Shown here one piece after another: positions 51,431 through 62,253 of a DNA stretch of 64,000 bases (its first letter is position 1; every line of letters begins with the position of its first letter). Location: assembly GCA_963709585.1 (NCBI GenBank), contig CAVPXI010000013.1, forward strand, positions 128,001 to 192,000, read 5' to 3'. The notes beneath the pieces were generated by a model. It was not told where the DNA came from and made no database searches. It saw only the letters and a program-made list of their open reading frames with translations. The translations under genes were made by a program, and so were the position numbers. This DNA comes from Candidatus Dormiibacterota bacterium. Lineage in GTDB: Bacteria; Chloroflexota; Dormibacteria; Aeolococcales; Aeolococcaceae.

Positions 51431-52264
51431 TTGGCGGTGTTGCGGATCTACCTCACCGGGGAGCTCTGCCTGTGGCACGGCCACCGGCTCGTCGCCGCGG
51501 ACCGCCTGCCCGGCCGGCAAGGGCGGCTCACGTTTGCGTATCTGACCAGCGAGCGGTTGCGGCCGATTCCACGCGACGAGCTAGCCGAGGTCATCTGGCC
51601 TTCGCAGCCGCCAGTCGCATACGGCATTGCGTTAAGCGCGGTTATCAGCAAGCTCAGATCGCTCCTTGTGGATCTGGGGCTTCCGCGTCGCGTTCTGGCT
51701 TCGGCCGATGGCTGTTATCACGTGTCACTGCCTCAGGATGTTTGGATCGATACCGAGGTGGCCGTCGAGGCAGCGCATCTGGCTGAGGAGGCATGGCGAT
51801 CAGGCGATCCGCGGAAGGCGTACGGACCTGCGGTGGTCGCCGCCGCAATCCTGCGGAGACCATTCTTGCCGGGCGCCGACGGCGAATGGGTCGACGCTCG
51901 CAGGCAGATCCTGCAGCGCGCGAACCTCCGCGCGCTCGGCGTGCTCGCAGAGCTGCATTCGTGGAACAGCGAAGCCGCCCTCGCGGTACGCGCGGCCGAA
52001 GAGATGATCGCGCTCGAGCCTTTTCGCGAGAGCGGGTATGGGCTGCTGATGCGCATCCACCAGCGCAACGGCGATCGAGCTGAGGCGCTGAGGGTTTACG
52101 AGCGTTGCCGACGGCTCCTTGCCGACGAGCTCGGCGAACGGCCGGGACCGGCGATCGAAGCTGTGCGCGCAGAAATCGCTGGCGAGGCAACTGCGGCCAA
52201 ACGGCCACCGGCCCAATCATCAGCCTCCCATGAAGAAGGCCGCGGCTCCCGAGCACCCCGGTGA
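51431..52264 (+). CDS. SARP-family regulator (winged HTH + BTAD)
   Basis: RDELAEVIWP, ISKLRSLL, LEPFRESGYGLLMR...GDRAEALRVYERCRRLLADELG. Confidence 0.9.
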   Translation: MAVLRIYLTGELCLWHGHRLVAADRLPGRQGRLTFAYLTSERLRPIPRDELAEVIWPSQPPVAYGIALSAVISKLRSLLVDLGLPRRVLASADGCYHVSLPQDVWIDTEVAVEAAHLAEEAWRSGDPRKAYGPAVVAAAILRRPFLPGADGEWVDARRQILQRANLRALGVLAELHSWNSEAALAVRAAEEMIALEPFRESGYGLLMRIHQRNGDRAEALRVYERCRRLLADELGERPGPAIEAVRAEIAGEATAAKRPPAQSSASHEEGRGSRAPR

Positions 52265-52569
52265 GTTGCTGAGTCGTCCCCGCCAGCCGGGGCGAGGCCG
52301 CTGGCCATGAGCAGCTCGTGCGCAAGCTCGGCCGGGACGCCCGGACCTGCTGTTTGCGCCAGCGTTGCGGAGCCAACGCTCAGCCGCAGCCTGATCAAGG
52401 GCGGCGAAGGGCTCTTCTTCGTTGCGGTTCCTGAAGCGGTCGTGGTCTTTGAGTGTACTTGGCCAGCGCGTTCGGGCACCAGTGCACTGATCCACACGTC
52501 GAGGCCAGACCCGAGGTAGCCGGAGCCTGTTCGGCAAAATTGAGATTGGCTGTGGACGCAGGGCGAGTG

Positions 52570-52733
52570 GTGGACGCGTCATGGACGTCAGATGGACGGG
52601 CGGCAGGAGACGGGGGTCTCCCGCGCGAGTACCACCGGCGCGCACAGAATTGATCTCTCTTATCGGTTCGGTGCCGCTGCGTGAGGGGGTTGTTCTCAGG
52701 GAATGGAGCGATGCGGCTGCATTCGCGTTCGGG
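52570..52733 (+). repeat. Repeat family B copy 4
   Basis: GTGGACGCGTCATGGACGTCAGATGGACGGGCGGCAGGAGACGGGGGTCTCCCGCGCGAGTACCACC...GGAGCGATGCGGCTGCA. Confidence 0.88.
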
Positions 52734-52751
52734 TGAGCGGGTGTTCCGCGT

Positions 52752-53246
52752 TTAGACGCCGCCGCCGACGCTGTTGGTCGTGGTCCGGCGAAAGGTCGCG
52801 CGTGATGACGACGGCGACACAAGTGCGATGAAGATGACCGCGTTCACCGTGACGGTCACGGTCCCTGGTATCGGGGTCGTGGCGATCCTGACGAACAGGA
52901 CTCCGATGGCGATCCACACGACGCAGAAGAGCAGCGCGCTGATGAACATAGTCCGCGTCAGTAGCCACCTCGACCCCACCGTCCACAGGCCCCATCCACC
53001 CATCATGGCGATCACGATGCCGACTCCGACGACCCACCCGCCGATCGGGGGGTCGCCCGGAGGGTCGTTCACGATGCCGGGCAGGCCGCTGCCGCCGCGC
53101 AGCACGATCAAGCCGCCCACGACAAGGAGGGTGCCGAGAAGCAGCCACCAGACACTCTCAATCCCGAGCAGCAAGCGCGCGATGGCGACGCCGCGAGGAA
53201 TCGGTGCTGCCCGTGGCCGATCGGTCAACACGCTGTGCTCATCCAT
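52752..53246 (-). CDS. Four-TM membrane protein
   Basis: Four hydrophobic helices. Confidence 0.6.
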   Translation of the reverse strand: MDEHSVLTDRPRAAPIPRGVAIARLLLGIESVWWLLLGTLLVVGGLIVLRGGSGLPGIVNDPPGDPPIGGWVVGVGIVIAMMGGWGLWTVGSRWLLTRTMFISALLFCVVWIAIGVLFVRIATTPIPGTVTVTVNAVIFIALVSPSSSRATFRRTTTNSVGGGV

Positions 53247-53411
53247 CGCCTTAGGTTGATCCTGCGCGCGCGTACAGATCGACAGAGGTATGTGCACGAA
53301 ATTCACAGGAAACCGTAAGGCAAGCGTAACGACCGCGCAAGGTCGCGCCCGCATAGTCCTGCTCAGTGCTGCTCGGCATCCTGCCAGGCGCCGCCCGTCG
53401 GAGGTTCAGCG

Positions 53412-55223
53412 ATGATCGCGTTCGGATACCTGGGTGACGAGCTGCGCCGTCGCTGGGGTCGAACTGTCGTGACCGCACTTGGCCTGGCCGCAGGTGTTGG
53501 TCTCGTTATGGGAATCATCGGCGTGTCCGCTGGCCTGAGTGCGGCGCAGAACCAGGCATTGTCACCGCTGTCGTCGGTCGGCACGGACATCATCGTCACC
53601 AGAACGGTGGGAGCGACGACGACAGCGGCCGCAACACCGAGCCCATCCCCCGGGGCAACCCAGGGCGGAGGCGGGGGCGGCGGCGGCTTCTTTGGCCCTG
53701 GCGCTGGTGGCGCTGGGGGCGGTGGCGGTGGCGGTGGCGGTGCCGGCCTCGGAGGTGCCTCTTCTACCATTAGCCAACTCAATACCGCCGACCAAGCGGC
53801 GTTGCTGAATGCGAACTCGTCAGTGCTGACCGATCTCGCCAAACTTGGCCCGGCAGGGACGGCATTCGTGCACGACTTCTTCGTTCCCGGGACGCTCATC
53901 ACCTTCCCCCAGGTTGCTGTTCAGGATGTCGCCTCCGTTCCTGGCGTGGAATCCGCGGTACCCGGACTCTCGTTGCAGGCGATTCATGAGTCGGGGACGG
54001 TGCCGCAGATCACTGATACGGTGACCACCGGCGGACAGACGATCACATCTGTTGAGAAGCCCGCGCCGCTCACCGCCGCCGAACAGAAGTCGGTGTCCGC
54101 CTGCATCCAGGCCGCGGGAGGCTTCACGCGGCCCTCACCGGGAGCCACGCCAAACCCCGGGGGCGGCGGTGGGGGTCGCGGATTCGGTGCGGCTTTTACG
54201 AAGTGCCTGCCAGCCCGTTTCCAGCAGTACGAAGCCAAGGTGGTGGTGCCGACTCAGACCATCACCCGCATCCTCAACCCGCCGACCACGAACACCCAGA
54301 CCAAGACCTACACCGCCGCGGCGGTGGATCCGACAAACACAACCACGGGGCTCATCACCAGCGCGCAGGTCGTGTCGGGCAGCTGGTTCTCCTCGACGCC
54401 CGCCGATGAGATTCTCGTCAACACCGCCTATGCCTCGAGCAACAGCATCAAGGCCGGTCAGACGATGACCATCAACGGCACGGTGTACACGGTTCAAGGG
54501 TTGGTGGCCCCCACGCTCACCGGCGACGTGTCGGACCTCTACTTCGATCTGACCACCCTGCAGTCGCTGTCGACCAACTCGTCGCGGGTCAACGAGGTCC
54601 TCGTCAAGGTGTCCAAGGCGAGCGATGTCGATGCAGTTGCCGCAGCGATCAAGGCCAAGCTCCCCGGAGCTCAGGTGCTTACCGCGAAGTCGCTCGCCAA
54701 TCAGGTCACCGGGAGTCTGGCCAACGCGCAGACCATCGCGGCCAACCTCGGGGGCGCAATGGCAGTGATCATCCTGCTCGCCGCGTTCCTCATCGCCGCC
54801 CTGCTCACCACGTCATCTGTCAGCAAGCGTGTCCGCGAGATTGGCACGCTTCGCGCCATCGGCTGGCGCAAGGGCAGGGTCGTGCGTCAGATCATGGCCG
54901 AGACCATTGGCATCGGCATCGTTGGGGCGGTGATCGGCGTGCTCGCCGGCCTCGGCGTCGCGGAGGCCGTCAACCTCTTCGGGCCGACACTGACATCAAC
55001 GACGTCGGGCTTGTCCGTTGGTGCGTCGACGGCCAGCACTCTCTTCCATCAAACGACCACGGCGTCGACCAGCCAGTCGCTGCACCTCCAAGCGGTGATC
55101 ACGATCACGACCGTGCTCCTGGGCGTCGGGTTCGCGCTCCTCGGCGGATTGGTCGCGGGCGCGCTCGGTGGTTGGCGAGCGGCGCGACTGTCGCCTGCGA
55201 TCGCCTTGCGAGATCTGGGATGA
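53412..55223 (+). CDS. MacB/FtsX-type ABC permease
   Basis: ELRRRWGRTVVTALG, large Gly/Thr-rich extracellular domain, VSKRVREIGTLRAIGW, RAARLSPAIALR. Confidence 0.9.
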   Translation: MIAFGYLGDELRRRWGRTVVTALGLAAGVGLVMGIIGVSAGLSAAQNQALSPLSSVGTDIIVTRTVGATTTAAATPSPSPGATQGGGGGGGGFFGPGAGGAGGGGGGGGGAGLGGASSTISQLNTADQAALLNANSSVLTDLAKLGPAGTAFVHDFFVPGTLITFPQVAVQDVASVPGVESAVPGLSLQAIHESGTVPQITDTVTTGGQTITSVEKPAPLTAAEQKSVSACIQAAGGFTRPSPGATPNPGGGGGGRGFGAAFTKCLPARFQQYEAKVVVPTQTITRILNPPTTNTQTKTYTAAAVDPTNTTTGLITSAQVVSGSWFSSTPADEILVNTAYASSNSIKAGQTMTINGTVYTVQGLVAPTLTGDVSDLYFDLTTLQSLSTNSSRVNEVLVKVSKASDVDAVAAAIKAKLPGAQVLTAKSLANQVTGSLANAQTIAANLGGAMAVIILLAAFLIAALLTTSSVSKRVREIGTLRAIGWRKGRVVRQIMAETIGIGIVGAVIGVLAGLGVAEAVNLFGPTLTSTTSGLSVGASTASTLFHQTTTASTSQSLHLQAVITITTVLLGVGFALLGGLVAGALGGWRAARLSPAIALRDLG

Positions 55224-55927
55224 CGACCATGGATGTGGCGACCCCTCTCTACCAGCTCCGGGGCGTCGAACGGCGCTATCTCAAGGGTGCCGCGGAAGTA
55301 GTCGCGCTCCGCGATGTCGACCTCGAAATCACCCGGGGCGAGTTCATCTCCATCGAAGGGCCCTCCGGTTCGGGCAAGAGCACACTCCTCCAGCTCGTCG
55401 GCGCGCTCGACACGCCGAGCGCCGGAACAGTGCAATTTGACAACCAGGATCTGTCCAGAGCTCGGGATCGCGCCTTGACGGACATCCGTGCGACCCGGAT
55501 CGGCTTCATCTTCCAGCAGTTCAACCTGATTCCAACCTTGAGCGCGGCCGACAACGTGGCCATCGCCGTCGACCCCCACGTCTCCAAGTCCGAGCGCCGT
55601 GTGCGAGCCCTGGAGTTGCTGGCCTCAGTCGGGCTGGCGCCGCGGGCTCATCACCTGCCTTCGCGCATGTCGGGTGGCGAGCAGCAACGTGTCGCCATTG
55701 CTCGGGCGCTCGCGAACCGTCCGGAGGTCATCGTCGCCGATGAGCCCACGGGAAACCTCGACTCCAAAAGCGCCGCCGACGTCATGGCGCTGCTGGTGGG
55801 CTTGCGATCGGAGACAGGGGTCACGGTGATCGTCGCCACCCACGACGAGGAGGTCGCCAAGCATGCCAGCCGCCGCATTCGGATCCGCGACGGCGCCGTC
55901 GTATCCGATACAGCCGCGCAGCAATGA
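55220..55927 (+). CDS. LolD/MacB-type ABC ATP-binding protein
   Basis: GPSGSGKST, MSGGEQQRVAIARAL, ADEPTGNLD. Confidence 0.95.
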   Translation: MTTMDVATPLYQLRGVERRYLKGAAEVVALRDVDLEITRGEFISIEGPSGSGKSTLLQLVGALDTPSAGTVQFDNQDLSRARDRALTDIRATRIGFIFQQFNLIPTLSAADNVAIAVDPHVSKSERRVRALELLASVGLAPRAHHLPSRMSGGEQQRVAIARALANRPEVIVADEPTGNLDSKSAADVMALLVGLRSETGVTVIVATHDEEVAKHASRRIRIRDGAVVSDTAAQQ

Positions 55928-55933
55928 CCACCT

Positions 55934-56320
55934 GTGGCTGCTAGCCGGCTCGCTAACTACCGCCCGTACAAGCCGCTCGGGTGGCCGCGCTGGCTCCGCG
56001 ACCGCGACAGAGGCTCGTGCGCCATGACCGACAGACCGCGCCCGCCGACCGAAGACGAGCGGTTGGCCTTTGATGCTGCGACGCGGGGGTCTCCCAGGGA
56101 GTTCGTCCGCATCTGTCGCCGGGCTGGCAAAGAGCCGGGACGCATGCTCGATAGGTTTGACGCGACGCCGTGGCGTTGGTTGTACTACTTCTCGCCCTCG
56201 GACTTGGTGAGCGACGGGATGCGAACCCTGCCCTACCCACCAGAGATCCGAGCACGACTCGACGCTACTCGCAAATATGTCGAGACCCCAAAATGGCGGC
56301 GCGCGCTTCTGCATCAGTAG
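55934..56320 (+). CDS. Hypothetical protein (start possibly 56024)
   Basis: Open frame with W/Y-rich protein-like composition; no recognised domain. Confidence 0.45.
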   Translation: MAASRLANYRPYKPLGWPRWLRDRDRGSCAMTDRPRPPTEDERLAFDAATRGSPREFVRICRRAGKEPGRMLDRFDATPWRWLYYFSPSDLVSDGMRTLPYPPEIRARLDATRKYVETPKWRRALLHQ

Positions 56321-56694
56321 ACGTGGCGCCCGTTGCCGCTACGGTCACGCGCCTGCGCGACCAGGGGGCAATACCGTCGCCGACCCGGGACCCGTCTGGC
56401 GATGCCAGCACGAGCATGGCAGCAGCGCGTGTGTGCGATGCGGCATCTGGTAACCGTTGCGCTTCATCCGCGACGTCTGGAGGTACTACCGATGACCGAC
56501 ACGGAGCAGACACTCGTCCTCTGGCCGTATCCGCACGCACTTTGGTTGTGGTAGACGTAGCCCTCGCGCGGGTGATAGTCGAGCGAAGTCATATCCGTGT
56601 GGAACGCTGCAACCTTGGCCACTTGCTTCCGAGTTCCCTCTCCCAGGAACGACGTCTGTTCGCTACCGCACCGAGCGGCCGGAAGCATGAGCGC

Positions 56695-56886
56695 ATGCTC
56701 ACAATCACGTTGCTGCTCTGCCCGTGGTGTCACTCCACCCGGCTCGTTCTGCTGACGTACACGGTGCCAGCCGTCGAAGGGACACGCGGTCTGCCCGAGA
56801 CACGGCCGAGCGCGAAGTGCGTCGCGTGCGGGCACGCGCTGCTCGCGCGAGACGTCCTCGTGCGCATGTTGCCGAGGTCAGACTAA
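56695..56886 (+). CDS. Small zinc-ribbon protein
   Basis: CPWCHSTRLVLLTY...RPSAKCVACG; paralog of 18309-18521. Confidence 0.65.
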   Translation: MLTITLLLCPWCHSTRLVLLTYTVPAVEGTRGLPETRPSAKCVACGHALLARDVLVRMLPRSD

Positions 56887-56914
56887 GTTGTGGCGATCGT
56901 GTCGGCGTTTCATT

Positions 56915-57147
56915 CCGTCTCAGGCGCAGCGTGGACGTCTCATGGACGTTTGATTGACGGGGCGGCGGGAGACGGGGGTCTCCCGCGCCAGTACCACTAC
57001 GTCTGCGGGAGTTGATTTCTCTTATCGGCTCGGTGCGGCTGCGTGACGAGGTAGCTCGCGGGAAGGGAGCGATGCGGGTGCAGTAGCGTTCGGGCGATGA
57101 TCACCGAGCCGGGTTCATCTGACACCGGCCTGGTGAGATAACGCTCG
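56915..57147 (+). repeat. Repeat family B copy 5 (long form)
   Basis: Highly similar to copy 2 over about 230 bp, ending GGTGAGATAACGCTCG; first half closest to copy 1. Confidence 0.9.
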
Positions 57148-57564
57148 AGTGGCGCAGTGTTCACGAAGTTCACCGAGACAACTGGAACAGCCGGCTCGGA
57201 TCTCCCGGCAGAGCGCACTGCCTTCCAGAAGGAGCAATGGGAGTCGCTCCAGAGGGTGGTTGAGACGGAGCGTTAGCGGGAAGACCGACCTTGCCAACCT
57301 CGTCAATCGCTAATACATCCCCATCGGGCCGCGGAGTGAAATCTGGTCGGCTGAGCAAGGCCGAGGTTTCGCGCCTGAGCAGAGATTTGAGTGGCAAGCG
57401 ACGGCATGCCCACTCGTCGCGAATCTCCTGTCTGGCGCGGGATCAAAATCGGGGTCACGCCGGAATGGAAGATTGCGAGGCGGCATCGGGCGACCGGATA
57501 ATCACCCAACTTCGGCCTCGACCCGCCGGCACGCTTCGACAATCGCGACGCCCGAGGAGGTGTC

Positions 57565-58488
57565 ATGCAAGCCATCACCGTTCGAGATCGCGCTGCCGGT
57601 GTCGGCGGTCTCTCCTTGACTGACATCCCCTACCCGCACGCCACCCAGAACGATGTCATCGTGCGGGTGCATGCTGCGGGCTTCACGCCCGGTGAGCTGG
57701 ACTGGCCGTCGACATGGACCGACCGCGCTGGGCACGACCGGACGCCGAGCGTGCCTGGCCACGAGCTGTCGGGAGTCGTCGTCGAGTTGGGACACGGAAC
57801 CACCGGCCTGGCCGTCGGTCAACGGGTGTTCGGCATGACCCCCTGGACTCGCAACGGCTCCCTTGCCGAGTATGCCGCGGTGGAGGCCCGCAACCTCTCT
57901 CCCCTTCCAGCTGACATCGACCACACCGTGGCCGCAGCTCTGCCCATCTCGGGACTGACCGCGTGGCAGGGGCTGATCGACCACGCTCGCATTACGGCCG
58001 GCCAGACGGCTCTGATCCATGGCGCCGCGGGCGGTGTCGGCTCGATCGCGGTGCAGCTCGCGCGCGAGGTTGGAGCCCGAGTGATTGGTACGGGTCGGGC
58101 GGCGGACCGCGACACAGCGCTCGGCTTGGGAGTGGATGCTTTCATGGACTTGCAGGCCGACAAGCTTGAAGACGCCGGCGAGGTTGACGTTGTGTTCGAC
58201 GTGATCGGCGGCGAGATCCTCGACCGCTCGGCTGCGCTGGTGCGCGCCGGTGGCACGCTCGTCACCACCATCAGGGTGCCCACGGTCCAACCCAAGGGCG
58301 GGCGCGCTGTCTTCTTCGTCGTCGAAGCCGACCGTTCCCGGCTGGCGGACCTCGCCCAGCGGCTCAGGGATGGCCGGCTCAAGCCGATCGTCGGCGATGT
58401 GCGGCCGCTCGCCGAAGCGCCTGCTGCGTTCGCCCCCGACCGGCGCACCCCCGGCAAGACGATCATTCGTATCATCGAAAGCGGATAG
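57565..58488 (+). CDS. NADP-dependent MDR/quinone oxidoreductase-like protein
   Basis: VPGHELSGVV, GLTAWQGL, LIHGAAGGVG. Confidence 0.92.
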   Translation: MQAITVRDRAAGVGGLSLTDIPYPHATQNDVIVRVHAAGFTPGELDWPSTWTDRAGHDRTPSVPGHELSGVVVELGHGTTGLAVGQRVFGMTPWTRNGSLAEYAAVEARNLSPLPADIDHTVAAALPISGLTAWQGLIDHARITAGQTALIHGAAGGVGSIAVQLAREVGARVIGTGRAADRDTALGLGVDAFMDLQADKLEDAGEVDVVFDVIGGEILDRSAALVRAGGTLVTTIRVPTVQPKGGRAVFFVVEADRSRLADLAQRLRDGRLKPIVGDVRPLAEAPAAFAPDRRTPGKTIIRIIESG

Positions 58489-58837
58489 CGTCCGAAGGGA
58501 GTTTCGATGGCTTCTGGTACCCCCGCCTCAGCTCCTGCGCATCGCGACCGGCCTGGGCAGCCTCGTCAATCGTCGTAATACGACCCCATCCGAGCCATCG
58601 GGTGAGATCGGTCTCGGCTGCGCGCAATGTGCCGCACGCGGGTGTGCTTTCCAGACGGCAGGCTCCCTCATGCTCATCCAGCCCGCGTCTGGATTGCTCT
58701 GATCGTCGCCGCAACTCGGGAGTCGGCCGTCGAGTAAATCGGCGTGCCGTGAGCGGTCACTAGACCCATGGCGCAACCCGACACCGTTCGGTCCACCAGT
58801 GGTTTGCCGCAGTCCTCGGCGGCGAGGGTCGACGGGG

Positions 58838-59311
58838 TTACTTCCAGCCGATCACCGCTCCGTGAATCAGCTTCGTCAAGTCATGCACTTCGCGGGTGAG
58901 CGTCGTGTTCAAGTCGACCATCCCCGTGAGCCTGAGCTCTAGGTCCCTGATCTGCCGCCCCTGGGCCTCCAGGTTGGCAAGCGTCGCTTCGAGGTTCCGC
59001 TCGGAGCGATTGGACGAGGCCCCAACCAGGAAGCCGATATAGAGTTCGGCGACCGTGGTGACAAGGTTAAGCGGAAAGTTGAAGCCAGTTGACGTGAACC
59101 AGGCGGGCAGCCAGGTGCCACTGGCAATCTTCTCTCCGCCGACGGCGAACAGCAATGTCCAGCCGACCACGAGGACGATCCAGATGGCGATATTGGTGGG
59201 CGTCCCCATCCCGTAGCTGACCTTGTCGGCAACCCGCTGGAACAGTGAAAGTCGCTCAGATGGCGGAGCGGGGGTTTGCGCGCGGGGCTTGAGAACCGTG
59301 CTGTTGGACAT
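58838..59311 (-). CDS. DUF1003-like membrane protein
   Basis: FQRVADKVSYGMGT, two TM segments with FPLNLV, C-terminal coiled coil. Confidence 0.65.
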   Translation of the reverse strand: MSNSTVLKPRAQTPAPPSERLSLFQRVADKVSYGMGTPTNIAIWIVLVVGWTLLFAVGGEKIASGTWLPAWFTSTGFNFPLNLVTTVAELYIGFLVGASSNRSERNLEATLANLEAQGRQIRDLELRLTGMVDLNTTLTREVHDLTKLIHGAVIGWK

Positions 59312-59967
59312 GCCGTCACCTTGTACTCACGGGTCTGCATGGCTCTTCTCTGAGGTAGGCGACCCAGGGACCGCAGGATGGCAGAGAACGGGTAAAGGAA
59401 TCGGACCCGGAATCCTGTCGGCCCCACGGGTGAAGCCGCCCCCGGCGGCCCCCGCACCGGCCTTGCGAGCGAGTGCTGATTGTCCGCGGCAGTGAGCGCG
59501 ATCGCTATACGGTCGCCGATCGCGCGACGAGACCCGTGAGACCGGAGTCGCCTTCGTGACCTGGCAAGATCCTCGGCAATGTGCCCCTAATGGGCCGAAC
59601 GCTTGGCCGAGAATCGGCGGAGCAGAGCATCGACATGGCTGGGCGATTTGGACGGTGGTCGTAGAGGCGGACCGTCTGCTTGACTTGGTGACCGTGCGGG
59701 CGTAGCGTCGTCCACGGCAGAGGCCGACCTCGAGTCTGAGCGAGCTGGCACGGTGCGAGCTGCATGACGACTGGGCGATCGACCTCGCGAGGTAGCGGGA
59801 TGGTCGGTGTGCTCGGTACCCGGAGGGGGATCGCACGGTCGCGTCCGTGTACCGCCTCTGGATCCCGAACGGACGTCGTTTTGCTTGAGGATAGCTTCGG
59901 TCTGGCCAGCGACGAACTCGAGCGTCGCTATATCTGTTGCGGGCAATGGCGAGTATGAGGAGTGCGC

Positions 59968-61212
59968 ATGTCTGTCCAAGCACAAACCACTGGTGTCGGT
60001 CAAGTCACAATCGATAGCGACGACGCCGAGGAAGTCAGGCCGTTTCACATCGAGGTGTCTGACGAGGACATCGCTGATCTTCGCCGGCGCATCGCGGCAA
60101 CGCGGTGGCCCGATCGCGAGACCGTCACAGACGACTCACAGGGTGTGCGGCTAGAGGTGATGCAAGACCTCGCCCGTTACTGGGCAACGGAGTACGACTG
60201 GCGCAAGTGTGAGGCGAAACTCGCTGCGCTCCCCCATTTCGTGACGACCATCGACGGGCTCGACATCCATTTCATCCATGTTCGATCCCAGCACGAGGAC
60301 GCCCTGCCGCTGATAGTGACGCACGGATGGCCAGGCTCGATCATCGAGCAGATGAAGATCATCGAGCCGCTCACTAATCCCACTCAGCATGGAGCTAGCG
60401 CGGAGGATGCCTTCCATCTGGTGATCCCGTCGCTCCCGGGCTACGGGTTCTCCGGCAAGCCGACGACGACCGGGTGGGATCCCACCCGCACCGCGCGTGC
60501 CTGGGTCCTTCTCATGAAGCGTCTCGGGTACGACAAGTTCGTTGCGCAAGGCGGCGACTGGGGTGCGGCGGTGACCCAGGCCATGGGTGAACAGGCCGCT
60601 CCGGAGTTGCTCGCCATCCACTCCAACATGCCCGGTACCGCCCCGCTCGACATTGTGCCGGGATTCGAGCGTGGCGACCCGCCGCCGTCAGGTCTCTCAG
60701 CGGAAGAGACGCGCGCGTACGAGCAGTTGCGCACGTTCTACACCAAGCACGTCGCCTACGCACAGATCATGGCAACGCGCCCGCAGACGTTGTACGGGCT
60801 GGCGGACTCCCCTGCCGATCTAGCGTCGTTCATTCTCGACCACGGGGACGGCACCGGACAGCCCGGGCTCGTGGAGAAAGTCCTTCGGGGAGAAACCGTT
60901 GGCGACCTCACTCGAGACGACATCCTGGACAACATCACCCTCTATTGGCTGACGAACACGGGGATATCCTCGGCTCAACTCTATTGGGAGAACAAGGCCG
61001 ACTTCTTCAACGCCAAGAACATCACCATCCCGTTTGCGATCAGCGTCTTCCCCGATGAGCTCTACGCGGCGCCGCGGAGTTGGGCTGAACGTGCGTATCC
61101 CAACAACCTCATACACTTCAAGGAGCTCGACCGAGGCGGTCACTTCGCTGCATGGGAGCAGCCCCAACTGTTCTGCGAGGAGATGCGCAAGTCGTTCCGG
61201 TCGTTGCGCTGA
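59968..61212 (+). CDS. Epoxide hydrolase (EHN + alpha/beta hydrolase)
   Basis: [22 protein letters not shown]. Confidence 0.93.
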   Translation: MSVQAQTTGVGQVTIDSDDAEEVRPFHIEVSDEDIADLRRRIAATRWPDRETVTDDSQGVRLEVMQDLARYWATEYDWRKCEAKLAALPHFVTTIDGLDIHFIHVRSQHEDALPLIVTHGWPGSIIEQMKIIEPLTNPTQHGASAEDAFHLVIPSLPGYGFSGKPTTTGWDPTRTARAWVLLMKRLGYDKFVAQGGDWGAAVTQAMGEQAAPELLAIHSNMPGTAPLDIVPGFERGDPPPSGLSAEETRAYEQLRTFYTKHVAYAQIMATRPQTLYGLADSPADLASFILDHGDGTGQPGLVEKVLRGETVGDLTRDDILDNITLYWLTNTGISSAQLYWENKADFFNAKNITIPFAISVFPDELYAAPRSWAERAYPNNLIHFKELDRGGHFAAWEQPQLFCEEMRKSFRSLR

Positions 61213-61663
61213 TGGAAGTTCAGTAATCACACTGGGATAGCAATCTCCCCGCCCAACACGATCGTGAGGGACCGTGACATCGGGTGGCTGAGACGGATTT
61301 CCACGCCGCCGGTGCATCCGACACAACTTCTCGGGGCGCAAAGGTCCTCAACCTCGTCTTCGCTGCCGTCGCAATCGTCATCATGTTGGTTAGCGCAGCG
61401 GTGGTCTTCGATGCGCCACGGTCCTTTCACATTCCTCCTTCATTCTCTTCGTCGTACCCGCCATCGCCGAGATCTTCTCCCTAGGCTTGGTACTCGTCGC
61501 CCTGGTTCGCACGCAGGCTGCGCCCAGCGAGGTGTCTGGCGTGCTCTTCTTCGGTCTTGAAGTTCCTCTCGGGGTTGTTGATACAGCCCGACGGAGTCAG
61601 TGGCGGGGCGTACAGTCGCTCACGGCAGGTGTCGTTGACGGCTCAGAGCATCGGGTGGACAAC

Positions 61664-62137
61664 TCATCTGACGAGATAGACCTCGTAGATCACACCTCCG
61701 GGTTGTCGGCCTCCCACGCTGACGAATATGCCTCTGTTCAACCAGTCGAGGCTGTCGGCCCCGGTCTCGATTGTGGCTGAGGTGCGGAAGGTGTATTCAC
61801 TTGGGTCGACGTCTCCCCCGCGTCCGAGACGTTCGAGAACCTCCGGGGGTCCGTGGCGCACACCGTGTGATTGGACGTAGAGCAGGTCTCCCTGTTCGGT
61901 TTTCAGCGTGTAGCGGACGTCTCCGAGCGTGGTGCCGTCCGGAAGAATGATCTGCCAATCGGCGCTGGCCACGGGAAGCAGTGTCCCGCGCAGTTCCGGT
62001 CCGCTGAAGGTCCCGCCGGTCAGTGGAACGATGCGCCGCTGACCGGCGGAGATCTGGCCGACGTCTTGGGGTTCGCCAACGGTCGCTTCCAATCGGTAGA
62101 CCAGGTTTAGGCGAGGATCGGGAAGATGACTGTTCAC
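61664..62137 (-). CDS. DUF3237 family protein
   Basis: GQRRIVPLTGGTFSGP...ADWQ...DVRYTLKT...YTFRT...WLN. Confidence 0.88.
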   Translation of the reverse strand: MNSHLPDPRLNLVYRLEATVGEPQDVGQISAGQRRIVPLTGGTFSGPELRGTLLPVASADWQIILPDGTTLGDVRYTLKTEQGDLLYVQSHGVRHGPPEVLERLGRGGDVDPSEYTFRTSATIETGADSLDWLNRGIFVSVGGRQPGGVIYEVYLVR

Positions 62138-62253
62138 GGCCTCACTCCTGATTTGGTCTCGGTCGCTTCAAGATTTGAGCGGCGATGCCAGCGGTCAGCG
62201 GGGTCTGGACGAAGGCCCGACCTATGAGGCGGCTCGCCCGGGGCGGCAATGCG

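Noticed and set aside
53660-53755. GGC-rich tandem repeat
   Set aside because: Encodes a Gly-rich linker in the MacB-type permease
1243-57147. CRISPR array or classical integron
   Set aside because: Repeats are 100-450 bp and kilobases apart; no cas or intI gene; no clear RYYYAAC/GTTRRRY attC pairs seen
59330-59480. Possible structured leader or riboswitch upstream of the DUF1003-like gene
   Set aside because: GC-rich stems but no recognisable aptamer motif; would need an Rfam search
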